Source: an uncultured Chitinophagaceae bacterium (lineage in GTDB: Bacteria > Bacteroidota > Bacteroidia > Chitinophagales > JADJOU01). Taken from it: a stretch of DNA of 64,000 nt. The stretch spans positions 107,613-171,612 of the forward strand of contig CAYXKX010000001.1 of assembly GCA_964465185.1 (NCBI GenBank), written 5' to 3'. Position numbers and translations under genes: made by a program. A model generated the notes under the pieces. That model had not been told where the DNA came from and did no database searches. It saw nothing but the letters and a program-made list of their open reading frames with translations. Every line of letters starts with the position of its first letter. The stretch's first letter is position 1. Of this stretch, positions 36,605 to 46,171 are shown piece after piece.

Positions 36605-39600
36605 ATGAGAAAATACTACTCAAACAGACTATTAGCTTTTAAATATCAGCTCCTACTATGGCTGATGATTTCCAATTTCTTTTCCTTGTATTCCCAAGTA
36701 TCATTAACGGCTACAGCAGGGGTAGCTACAGCCAGCTACACCACAGTGAGTCAGGCTTTTGATTCGATCAATAAAGGAGTTCATGGCGGTGATGTGGAAT
36801 TGACCATTACGGCAAACACTACAGAGCCAAATCTACCTATCGCATTATTGAAGCCCAATGTATCGGGTGGTTATACCAGTGTGAGGATAAGACCGCAAGG
36901 AGTCAGAACCATTGGATTAACTTCGCTAAATAATAACAGAGGTATTATAGAGCTATTTGGCGCTAGAGATGTTACCATTGATGGTGATGATCCTGCAGTA
37001 GCTGGTTTAGATAGAAGTTTGACTATAGGATTCAATACTGGTACGGCTTCCTTTAGTAATACGGCTGTGATACGTATCGGGTCTGTAGTGACTCCTTCAG
37101 ACTCAGCAGTGAATATTACTATCAAAAACTGCAATATAATTGGCTCAAGACCGAACACTATACATTTAGCTCCAAATTATGGAATCCTTATTAGTTCAAA
37201 CTCTATAGCGAATCTAACGACCCTAGTAGGTGGGTTAAGTGAACCAAATACTGCGACATTCGGCAGGAGAAATAGCAATATATTAATTGAAAACAATTCT
37301 ATTATTCGCTGTTATTATGGTATAGGTTCTTACTCTGCATCTGCTACACCTGCTAATGCTTTTTCGAATATTCGATTCGCTAAAAATCAAATTGGTATCA
37401 CTGGTGTGGCTGATAATTTTGTAGGAAGTAAAGGAATCGATTGTGAAGGCTCATCTACTGCAGCATCGCCATTAATAATTGAAGACAATGAAATTAGAGT
37501 GGGTACGAATACTAACTCGGGCTTCGTTGATAATACATACGGTATTTTATTGAGAAATGGAAATCCTTCTACAATTATTCGATATAATAGGCTGACTGAT
37601 ATTATGAATAATAACTCAGCAACAGGTGCAGGAGGTCTTATTGCAGGAATATTTGCTTTTGGTGGGGGTAATACGAATATAGATATTAATAATAATTTTA
37701 TCAAAGACGTCATAGGTGCTAGAAAGCAAACGAGTCTATTTTTAGAAGCTAACTATGGTATTTATGCGAATAGTATTGGGTCGGTGCGACTTAATCATAA
37801 TACGATAGCCTTCAATACGCCCAATACTCAAGGAACAGGATCGAATACCGTGAGTAGCTGTCTTGCGCTTATGGGTACTACGAATGTATTAGAATTAAAT
37901 AATAATATTCTTGTCAATAGAAATGCATCAACCAATGCCTATTGTATCGGGACTATGGCCAATCTGTCACCATTTGCGACCACAACTTTAAATAAGAATT
38001 GTTATTTCTATCCAAATGGTTCAATGGCCAATATAACTCCTGCTACATTTGCGAACTGGCAATTTGTAACGGGCAGGGATCAAAATAGTTTTCTCGAAAA
38101 TCCGCCATTTATATCTGCAAGTGACCTCCACATCCAAACAGGAGTGGTGACTCTTTTAGAGAGCAATGCCGTGCCAACAGGCTATGCTTTTGATGTAGAC
38201 TTACAAGCTCGCCCTAACCCTACGGACATTGGGGCAGATGAATTTGCAGGAACGGCTTATCAGCCCCCCGTTATCTTGAGCGTAAGTCATACTCCGACAG
38301 CGCAGAGCTGTGCTACTGCTACAGCACGAACAGTGCAGGCTATTTTTACTACTTTAGGTAATGCACTAGATAGTATTGTAGTTGAATACTCTATAAATGG
38401 AGGCGCCTTAAATTATTTAAGAATGAATTCGGTTTCCGCTTTAGGGTTTACCAGATTGATACCTGCTGTGACCCCATTGAATGCGATAGTTCGCTACCGT
38501 GTGATGGCGTTAACTTCTGTGAGGGATACAGTGTTTTCCAATTATTTATACTATAATGATAATACTGCCAGTAGAGCTTTGATGCCCACTTTAGTATCTG
38601 ATCCACCGCAGGCTTGTGTTACAAGTACCGTGCAGTTAAACTATCGGTTTTCACCTGATCCCACGGGTTTTATTTTTCCACCGAATGTCACAGATACAGT
38701 GATGCAGACCAATATAAGCAATGTTAAGTTGACCACTATTGACAATACAACCCCAGCTACCAACTCCTTAGTCGGAACCATCGGAACTGCTACTGGTGTG
38801 CGGGGAGCCTATTCTAATTTTAGAAATTTTGTAGCAGATACGGTAGGTTTGGGTAGAAGTTATCCTGCATCAGTTACGGGCTCTACTACAGCCAATGTTA
38901 AGCTATATTTCGCTGCTTTTGTAGATTTTGATGGGGATGGAAGTTTTACTAGCGCCAACGAAATGGTGTTTAATACGACTCAAGCTAGAACCAATGGAAC
39001 TCGAACGGAAAATTTCAGCCTCTACATCCCACCCAATGCGAGACCAGGAAAAACCTGCATACGGTTTATATGCAGTCACGCACCAATAACCAATTCATTT
39101 TTTAATGTTTTCCGCGGTGAGGTAGAAGACTACTCAATTTATATTAGACCATTATCGACTGTGTGGAAAACAGGTGCTACCACCATTGGGGGCAATAATC
39201 CACAAAGTTTTACCTTAACGGTCTTACCATCTGCTGTTTATATAGAAATGACGGACTCTTCTGCATGCAGTGCGGCTTCAAATCCATTAAGTATAACAGC
39301 ATCTGCTGCTGGTATGAATGTAATCCTTTCTGCTCCTGCATCGTCGTGCTACAATACTCCCGTTCTTATTAGAGCTAATGTCACAGGTGGCTGTCCTCCA
39401 TATAGCTATAGCTGGAGCAACAATGCATCGCTGAACGCTCCGTCACAAATAGTAACACTTCTGAATGATACTCTATTTCTCACGGTGACTGCGACAGATA
39501 AAAATGGCTCACAATATTCTAGAATAGGTTTCATTAGACCAAATAATCCTAGGCTAACGTTTGTACCAGACACAACAATAATCTGCAATAGGGGTACAGC

Positions 39601-42600
39601 GAACATTACCGTTTCTACTGCAGCCACAGACTCTGCATATTGGTATCAGTCAGCCACTGCGAATCCATTCCAATTTGACTTTATTGGAAAAACGTATACC
39701 ACGCCTACATTGAATTCTACCAAGGACTTCTATGTAGCAGCCTTAAGATCCACTGCTGACTCAGTAGGAAAAATGAACACTACTGGAACTCCGGTTAGCA
39801 CAGGAGTCATGCCTACCGCAGGCCTACAATTTGATGCTGTCGAGCCAGTTATTATAAGGGATTGCCAAATGTATTTAACAGGTATCGCAGGAGCTACTGT
39901 TAGTATAGGCCTATTGGATAAATATGGAACCTTAATAGCTCAGCTAAATAATTACGCTTTAAGTCCTGTCCCTGCCGTTATAACGACACCGACTAGAATA
40001 CCGCTTAATTTTGCACTGCCGACACCAGATACTGGCTATAAGCTCATTTTACTAGGATTTACCAATCTAACGGGGCTTACATATAATACCGGGAGCGCGG
40101 GTTACACCTATCCATTTACCACCCCTGCGAATCGTCCATTGATAATTCAAAAGGCCTATCAGATTGGAAATCCAGCGGCTACGGCCTATTTCTATTTTTA
40201 TAATATTAGAGTGTTGAAAGGAGTCTGTATAGGTCAGAGAGATACCACTACTGCCAAAGTAACCCCACCGATAGTGCCAAAACTTTTCGAGGATTTAAAA
40301 TACACTTTATTATGTAAGGATGATACTTTAAATATTAAGGTAAAATCGGATTCATTCGGTAATCGATTTGTGTGGTTGAAAGATGGGAATGTGATTCAAA
40401 ACTTTTCGGTAAGTCCTCCATCAGATACGTTTAACGATTCGTTTTATAGAGTACCAATCTCTAAGCCAACCGATACGGGATTGTATCAGGTAAAAATATT
40501 TAGCTCAAAATTCTGTACACGAGATACTTTCTCAAGAGAGGTGCGAGTTTCCTTCCATAAGGAGCCTGAATTTGTTAAGGATTTATCACCAGTTGATATT
40601 TGTTTGAATAGAAATACAAAGCTGAGTGTAACCACAAAGAATGCAAAATTCTTTAAATGGTATAAGGATACTACTATTTATAAATCTGGGACAGATACCA
40701 TAAACCCTGAGTATAACATTACAAATGCTAGTTTCTCGGAATCGGGGATTTATCATGTCGTAGCTACAGATAGCAATTATTGTAGAGATGTAAAATCTCT
40801 CATGGTAAAGGTGACTGTGCATGACACGCCAATTTTCGTGACCCAACCAATAGATACGGTTGTATGTGCGGGACAAAGGTATGTAATAAAATCAAAACCA
40901 ATAAACGCCTTAACCTATCAATGGTATAAGGATAATGGAATTATGAATGGTTTTATCAAGGATTCTTTAACCCTCTTCTCTTCAAAAATAGGAGATTCTG
41001 GTAGTTATCGACTCATTGCTTCAAGCTACCCTGGGTGCCCTGAAGCTATTTCTAATATAGCCAAGTTGGCTGTGAATCCAAGTCCGATAATCCAAGGATT
41101 TTATCCTCAAGAAATGAAATTCTGCGAAGGACAGAAGTTGAAAATCGAGGCAAGTGCCTTAAACAAACAAGAAATACAGTGGTATAGGGGAAGTACATTA
41201 TTGGTTGCACAAGACTCTGTGGTTATCCCTAATGCTGGATTAGCGAGTGCGGGTAAATATTCTTTTATCGTGAAAGCGTTCAACAAATGTCAAGATATCA
41301 AATCGGATACGATAGATGTAAAGGTTATTAATAGACCGACAGTAAGTGGAACAAGACCTGCGCTTATAGCATGCCAGGATGGAGAGTTTAAGTTTGGATT
41401 TAGTTCTACCAATGGAAAGATTTATCAATGGTACAAAAATGGGGTGCCAATTCAAGGGAAAATAGATTCTCAACTATGGATTCAATTCTTATCTGATAAG
41501 GATAATGGGAGCTATAACGTCTCTGTAAATAGTGATGCAGTATGTCCTGAGGTCAAATCAAACAGCTTCAATATCGATATTAAGACGAAACCTCAAATAA
41601 CGCTTCACCCGGAAGGTAGGATCGCTTGCATGGGTGAAACGGTTCAGTTAGTCGCCAATACTAATTTTGCTACCGGTTTTCAATGGTTCAAGGATGGTAG
41701 TCAAATACCTGGTGCTACGACCAATACATTTGTGATTAATAATTTGACAGGCAGCAATTCAGGAAAGTATTGGTTACGCGTTTCTGGCACCTCGCCTTGT
41801 CTTCCAATTTTAACAGATACTGCCGTCGTCGTTCATCGATCTGGACAAACAAATGCGGTAGTTTCGCTTGTATCGGCCTATAACCTTGAAGAACAATGCA
41901 CGGACGCAGACGATTGGACTTACTATGCTACTAAGCAAGAACCAAACAAGTATTTATTTGCTGTAAACAAAAATGGAAATAGTATAACTGGGACAGCCGA
42001 TGTCGTCGTTCGACCTAATACTTTTGTTAGTGTTCACAATACAGGCAAACAATATACTGCCTCCATTATGTTGAAACGATTTTGGAATTTCAAACTTACA
42101 TCAGGAGTTATCAATAATCCTATCGAAGTAAAGTTCTACGTCAATCAATCAGAGTTGGATGATTTGGAAAATAAGATGCTTGAAACCCAAAATTTATATG
42201 GCGATCAGCTCGAACTTGAGAATAAGGATGTACGATGGTTCAAATCAAAGAGCTTACCTTTTACCAATGCTTTATTGGGAGGGGTTCGTGGAAACCGCTT
42301 TAATTTCGACTCTGTCGTATTTGGTCAGTTTGTAGATGGCACAGAAAATGGATTGAAGTATTTCATTTTTCCAGATATTCTGGATGCAGGAGGAGGAACG
42401 GGCGCTTATTTGTTTAAAGGAGGTAGTCGATACCTAGGGTCGATTCAAAGTGCTAGCACAGATATGTCTGCTGGCATAAGCCCCAATCCAAATAACGGGC
42501 AATTTAACTTAAGCATAGTATCCAAAACGCTAGGTAAGGTCAATCTAATATTGATTAATAATCTAGGACAGACGGTCTATAATGCTGAACTTAAATTGAC

Positions 42601-42715
42601 AGGTTTAGATTCTGAGTTTCCAATGAATATACCAAACTTGGCCAATGGCTTATACCAACTTGTTATTTCCAAGGATGATGTTCATACATCAATAAAACTA
42701 CAAATCGAAAAATAG
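36605..42715 (+). CDS. Giant cell-surface protein: right-handed beta-helix region, GEVED domain, about six Ig (I-set-like) modules, type-A T9SS C-terminal sorting domain
   Basis: Signal peptide MRKYYSNRLLAFKYQLLLWLMISNFFSLYSQ, from the ATG at 36605. The ORF-track TTG at 36551 lies upstream of the predicted -7 box. Asn/Gly/Ile-rich beta-helix rungs include NILIENNSI, IEDNEI and DINNNFI. GEVED motif FRGEVEDYSIYI. Ig modules carry W(Y/F)K(D/N)G......(D/N)SG.Y. The C-terminus reads ISPNPNNGQFNL....GLYQLVI. Confidence 0.8.
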   Translation: MRKYYSNRLLAFKYQLLLWLMISNFFSLYSQVSLTATAGVATASYTTVSQAFDSINKGVHGGDVELTITANTTEPNLPIALLKPNVSGGYTSVRIRPQGVRTIGLTSLNNNRGIIELFGARDVTIDGDDPAVAGLDRSLTIGFNTGTASFSNTAVIRIGSVVTPSDSAVNITIKNCNIIGSRPNTIHLAPNYGILISSNSIANLTTLVGGLSEPNTATFGRRNSNILIENNSIIRCYYGIGSYSASATPANAFSNIRFAKNQIGITGVADNFVGSKGIDCEGSSTAASPLIIEDNEIRVGTNTNSGFVDNTYGILLRNGNPSTIIRYNRLTDIMNNNSATGAGGLIAGIFAFGGGNTNIDINNNFIKDVIGARKQTSLFLEANYGIYANSIGSVRLNHNTIAFNTPNTQGTGSNTVSSCLALMGTTNVLELNNNILVNRNASTNAYCIGTMANLSPFATTTLNKNCYFYPNGSMANITPATFANWQFVTGRDQNSFLENPPFISASDLHIQTGVVTLLESNAVPTGYAFDVDLQARPNPTDIGADEFAGTAYQPPVILSVSHTPTAQSCATATARTVQAIFTTLGNALDSIVVEYSINGGALNYLRMNSVSALGFTRLIPAVTPLNAIVRYRVMALTSVRDTVFSNYLYYNDNTASRALMPTLVSDPPQACVTSTVQLNYRFSPDPTGFIFPPNVTDTVMQTNISNVKLTTIDNTTPATNSLVGTIGTATGVRGAYSNFRNFVADTVGLGRSYPASVTGSTTANVKLYFAAFVDFDGDGSFTSANEMVFNTTQARTNGTRTENFSLYIPPNARPGKTCIRFICSHAPITNSFFNVFRGEVEDYSIYIRPLSTVWKTGATTIGGNNPQSFTLTVLPSAVYIEMTDSSACSAASNPLSITASAAGMNVILSAPASSCYNTPVLIRANVTGGCPPYSYSWSNNASLNAPSQIVTLLNDTLFLTVTATDKNGSQYSRIGFIRPNNPRLTFVPDTTIICNRGTANITVSTAATDSAYWYQSATANPFQFDFIGKTYTTPTLNSTKDFYVAALRSTADSVGKMNTTGTPVSTGVMPTAGLQFDAVEPVIIRDCQMYLTGIAGATVSIGLLDKYGTLIAQLNNYALSPVPAVITTPTRIPLNFALPTPDTGYKLILLGFTNLTGLTYNTGSAGYTYPFTTPANRPLIIQKAYQIGNPAATAYFYFYNIRVLKGVCIGQRDTTTAKVTPPIVPKLFEDLKYTLLCKDDTLNIKVKSDSFGNRFVWLKDGNVIQNFSVSPPSDTFNDSFYRVPISKPTDTGLYQVKIFSSKFCTRDTFSREVRVSFHKEPEFVKDLSPVDICLNRNTKLSVTTKNAKFFKWYKDTTIYKSGTDTINPEYNITNASFSESGIYHVVATDSNYCRDVKSLMVKVTVHDTPIFVTQPIDTVVCAGQRYVIKSKPINALTYQWYKDNGIMNGFIKDSLTLFSSKIGDSGSYRLIASSYPGCPEAISNIAKLAVNPSPIIQGFYPQEMKFCEGQKLKIEASALNKQEIQWYRGSTLLVAQDSVVIPNAGLASAGKYSFIVKAFNKCQDIKSDTIDVKVINRPTVSGTRPALIACQDGEFKFGFSSTNGKIYQWYKNGVPIQGKIDSQLWIQFLSDKDNGSYNVSVNSDAVCPEVKSNSFNIDIKTKPQITLHPEGRIACMGETVQLVANTNFATGFQWFKDGSQIPGATTNTFVINNLTGSNSGKYWLRVSGTSPCLPILTDTAVVVHRSGQTNAVVSLVSAYNLEEQCTDADDWTYYATKQEPNKYLFAVNKNGNSITGTADVVVRPNTFVSVHNTGKQYTASIMLKRFWNFKLTSGVINNPIEVKFYVNQSELDDLENKMLETQNLYGDQLELENKDVRWFKSKSLPFTNALLGGVRGNRFNFDSVVFGQFVDGTENGLKYFIFPDILDAGGGTGAYLFKGGSRYLGSIQSASTDMSAGISPNPNNGQFNLSIVSKTLGKVNLILINNLGQTVYNAELKLTGLDSEFPMNIPNLANGLYQLVISKDDVHTSIKLQIEK
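40263..41845 (+). repeat. About six tandem Ig-like modules (about 88 aa each) within the 2054-aa gene
   Basis: Recurring pairs are FVWLKDGN...DTGLYQV, FKWYKDTT...ESGIYHV, YQWYKDNG...DSGSYRL, IQWYRGST...SAGKYSF, YQWYKNGV...DNGSYNV and FQWFKDGS...NSGKYWL. Confidence 0.6.
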
Positions 42716-42725
42716 TTAGGACTGC

Positions 42726-43358
42726 TTGGAAGAAGAGGGAGATTTTTATAGAACGAATACCAGAACACCGAAGGAGAGAGAAATTTATTTTAACGATAGA
42801 TTTTTCCCCCATTTAAGTACGCTATACAATTATGCATTCTACCTCACCAAAGAGGAGGAGGATTCAAATGATTTGGTTCAAGACACTTTTGTCAAGGCTT
42901 TCCGATTTATGGATAACTTTCAAGAGGGCACCAATGAAAAAGCCTGGTTGTTTAAAATCATGAAGAATGGTTTTATAAACGATTATAGGAAAAAGTCGGT
43001 AAAACCAACGCACTATTCATTTGATAATATCATAGAAACTAAGGATGGAGATTCTAATGATGAAAATTCGAGTCAAGACCTGGATGGAGTCGTAGTCAAA
43101 GATAATACGGATCATTTTAAATCAATGATGGGCGATGAAGTGACTACCTCACTGGAGAGATTGCCTGCGGATTATAGACAAATTATCATTTTGGCAGATC
43201 TAGAAGATTTTACCTATGAAGAACTGAGTGATATTCTAGAGATACCAATCGGCACAGTCCGTTCGAGGTTATTTAGAGCTAGAAATATGTTGAAATCAAA
43301 GCTGCAACTTTATGGAGCTAAAATGGGTTATAAAGATAAACGAAATAAAAATGATTAA
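42726..43358 (+). CDS. ECF-type RNA polymerase sigma-70 family factor
   Basis: Region 2 reads DLVQDTFVKAFR....F.....AWLFKIMKN..I and region 4 reads YEELSDILEIPIGTVRSRLFRAR. TTG start 10 nt after the giant gene's stop. There is no in-frame ATG in the first roughly 60 codons. Confidence 0.8.
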   Translation: MEEEGDFYRTNTRTPKEREIYFNDRFFPHLSTLYNYAFYLTKEEEDSNDLVQDTFVKAFRFMDNFQEGTNEKAWLFKIMKNGFINDYRKKSVKPTHYSFDNIIETKDGDSNDENSSQDLDGVVVKDNTDHFKSMMGDEVTTSLERLPADYRQIIILADLEDFTYEELSDILEIPIGTVRSRLFRARNMLKSKLQLYGAKMGYKDKRNKND

Positions 43359-43360
43359 TC

Positions 43361-43615
43361 ATGGCAGATAATGCTTGTCAAGACATAAGGAATCAAGTCA
43401 TGTACTACATAGACAATGAATTGTCTGAAGACAAACTAATAGGACTTGTAAGTCACATAAACGACTGTGCGGAATGTCAAGAATACATATGTCATGAGCA
43501 AGATTTGAAGACAAAAATCTGCCAGAAACTGAAGGATAATTATATTTGTCGCTGCGATGTACAACGACTCAAAGATTCTATCAAAGATAAAATCAGTGGT
43601 TTTTTTCAATCCTAA
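43361..43615 (+). CDS. Small soluble zinc-finger (ZAS, zf-HC2-like) anti-sigma factor
   Basis: 84 aa. The motif H32-x3-C36-x2-C39 ([12 protein letters not shown]) is present along with five more cysteines. No hydrophobic segment long enough for a TM helix. It starts 2 nt after the sigma gene's stop. Confidence 0.65.
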   Translation: MADNACQDIRNQVMYYIDNELSEDKLIGLVSHINDCAECQEYICHEQDLKTKICQKLKDNYICRCDVQRLKDSIKDKISGFFQS

Positions 43616-43644
43616 TTTTTTTATTTAACCTCAAGGTTGTTCCA

Positions 43645-44349
43645 ATGAAGTACAAGAGAGTATTGCTCAAACTAAGTGGCGAGGCCCTTATGGGAAGCCG
43701 AAATTATGGACATGATCCTGAAAGATTAAAGCAATATGCTGAAGACATAAAATCTGCTGTGGATTTGGGTGTTGAATTGGCTTTAGTCATAGGTGGGGGA
43801 AATATTTTTCGCGGTAAGGATGCTGCTGAAATCGGTATTGACAAAGTACAAGGTGACCACATGGGCATGCTGGCTACAGTGATCAACGGTCTGGCTCTGC
43901 AAAGCTCAATTGAGAATTTGGGGATATATACGAGATTATTGAGCGCGGTGCGTATGGATCAGATAGCAGAACCATATATAAAAAGACGGGCTATACGGCA
44001 CATGGAAAAAGGGCGGGTTGTCATATTCGGCGCGGGAACTGGAAATCCTTACTTCACCACCGATACTGCTGCAGCGCTTCGCTCAATTGAAATCAATGCG
44101 GATATCGTCATGAAAGGCACCAATGTGGATGGCATCTATTCCGCAGATCCACGCAAGGACCCGAATGCCAAGAAATTTGACAAACTCAGCTTCAAAGAAG
44201 TCTATGAAAATAAGTACGAGGTCATGGATTTGACAGCTTTTACCCTTTGTGAAGAAAATAAAAAACCCATTATGGTCTTTGATATGAATCAGCCGGGAAA
44301 TCTAGCGAGAATATTGAAAGGAGAAGCTTTGGGGACATTGGTGTCTTAA
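43645..44349 (+). CDS. pyrH: UMP kinase
   Basis: Contains [23 protein letters not shown] and [17 protein letters not shown]-like motifs. 234 aa. Confidence 0.9.
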   Translation: MKYKRVLLKLSGEALMGSRNYGHDPERLKQYAEDIKSAVDLGVELALVIGGGNIFRGKDAAEIGIDKVQGDHMGMLATVINGLALQSSIENLGIYTRLLSAVRMDQIAEPYIKRRAIRHMEKGRVVIFGAGTGNPYFTTDTAAALRSIEINADIVMKGTNVDGIYSADPRKDPNAKKFDKLSFKEVYENKYEVMDLTAFTLCEENKKPIMVFDMNQPGNLARILKGEALGTLVS

Positions 44350-44356
44350 TAATTTA

Positions 44357-46171
44357 TTGGTGAAAAATTTTTGGTTTGTTTTTTGTTTTCTTCTTATTGT
44401 GGGGAAAGGATTTTCCCAGACCGCAGAAGACGAGCGCATTGCTATACAGTTTTTTCAGTTGAGGGAATATGATAAGGCGGAGGTATTGCTTAAAAAGCAA
44501 TACGAGATCAACCCAGTTAAATTTTATGACTACTTATACAAGACCTACATTCAATTACGAAAGTATAATGAAGCAGTTGAAATTACAAAACAAGCATTAA
44601 AGTCAAACTCAAAGAATTTGCAAAACAGATTCAATCTGGCCGTGGCTTATGACAAGCTGCAGGATAGTTCACAAGCCAAGAAAGAATGGTCACAAGTTAA
44701 TGATCTAATAGGAGAAAATGAATATGAAGCCAATTCATTTATCCAGAAATATATGGAGAGTCGAAACTGGTCTATGGCGGAGGATTTGATTCTCAAGTTT
44801 CAGAAAAAGACTAAATCAAAAGATGCTTTTCAGTCAAATTTATTAGCCGTCTATATCAAACAAGACCGCATGGAAGAGGCAGTTAGTATAGCCTTTGGCC
44901 AGTTGGACCTAGACAATCATAACTATATGTATCTCTACTCCACCTATGATTTTTTAACTTCGAGCAAGACCGCTCAGCGAATCATGGAGAAGCGCCTATT
45001 CGCCAAACTGGGAGCAGAACCTGGAAGTGATAAGTGGAATGAACTCGCTATGCAGATGGCTATGACTGTCAAAGACTATGAGCAAGCACTGCAACTCGCC
45101 AAATCATATGAAAAAAGAAAAGGAGGTCAAGGTATGCAAGTATATCAAATAGCTGAAATAGCAGCGGGTGAAAATGAATTTGAGATAGCTATAGATGGTT
45201 ATGATTATGTGATAAAAAATAATTCTTCCGGCTATGCCAAGCTAGCGAATGAGAAAAAGATTTTCTCTCTCTATGCGAGGCTCAAAAAAGAGCGTTTGCG
45301 AGATTCTGTGCACTTATCCGAATTACACGCAGATATTATCAGCTATCTTCAACAATATGGTAGCAATCAAACAACCGCAGAGATACAGTTGCTGTATGCG
45401 GAGTATACTGTTAAGTATTTAAAAAGATTGCCACAAGCCTTAGGCATTCTCGAAAAAATGATAGAAACACCCATGATGGCTAGTCAGTATATCTCTAGAG
45501 CCAAGCTCGACCTAGCTGACATTAAACTAGCGATGAATGATATATGGGAAGCGTCTCTACTTTATGGTCAAGTGGATAAAGAGGAAAAAGATGGACCTTT
45601 AGGAGAGGAGGCTAGGTATAAGAATTCTAAGATTTTTTACTATAATGGAGACTATGAATTGGCTGAGGATTTGTTATCTATATTGAAATCATCTACCAGC
45701 GAATTGATAGCAAATGATGCATTGCAATTGGTTGTATTTATCCAAGAAAACCAAGGGGACGATGCCAAAGAATTAGCGATGAAAGATGTGTCCACTGCCG
45801 AATTGCTTTTCTATCAGAATAGACCCGAAGAAGCAGTCAAGACGCTGGCTTCCTTGAAAAAGGTATTTCCAAATTCTAGTCTTATCGACGATGTGTTGCT
45901 CATAGAAGCAAATTATGAAAAAGGAGTAGAAAATGACAGCGCAGCGTCTAGGCTCTACAAAGAACTCTATGATAAATTTCCAACATCCATTTTAGCCGAC
46001 AGGGCGCTCTATGAATGGGCAAAACTCGAGGAAGAGGTTTTTAAAAATATAGAAAGCGCCAAAGCTGCCTATCTAAACCTATTGACTAAATTTAAAGATT
46101 CTGTATTCACAGCAGATGCCAGAAAACGACTGCGAAAGCTGCGTGGAGAGAAATTAGAAGATGAAATATGA
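44357..46171 (+). CDS. TPR-repeat protein (secreted or periplasmic)
   Basis: Signal peptide ending GFSQ. 604 aa of helical TPR-like repeats (A..Y......Y.EA pattern). TTG/GTG start region. Confidence 0.65.
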   Translation: MVKNFWFVFCFLLIVGKGFSQTAEDERIAIQFFQLREYDKAEVLLKKQYEINPVKFYDYLYKTYIQLRKYNEAVEITKQALKSNSKNLQNRFNLAVAYDKLQDSSQAKKEWSQVNDLIGENEYEANSFIQKYMESRNWSMAEDLILKFQKKTKSKDAFQSNLLAVYIKQDRMEEAVSIAFGQLDLDNHNYMYLYSTYDFLTSSKTAQRIMEKRLFAKLGAEPGSDKWNELAMQMAMTVKDYEQALQLAKSYEKRKGGQGMQVYQIAEIAAGENEFEIAIDGYDYVIKNNSSGYAKLANEKKIFSLYARLKKERLRDSVHLSELHADIISYLQQYGSNQTTAEIQLLYAEYTVKYLKRLPQALGILEKMIETPMMASQYISRAKLDLADIKLAMNDIWEASLLYGQVDKEEKDGPLGEEARYKNSKIFYYNGDYELAEDLLSILKSSTSELIANDALQLVVFIQENQGDDAKELAMKDVSTAELLFYQNRPEEAVKTLASLKKVFPNSSLIDDVLLIEANYEKGVENDSAASRLYKELYDKFPTSILADRALYEWAKLEEEVFKNIESAKAAYLNLLTKFKDSVFTADARKRLRKLRGEKLEDEI

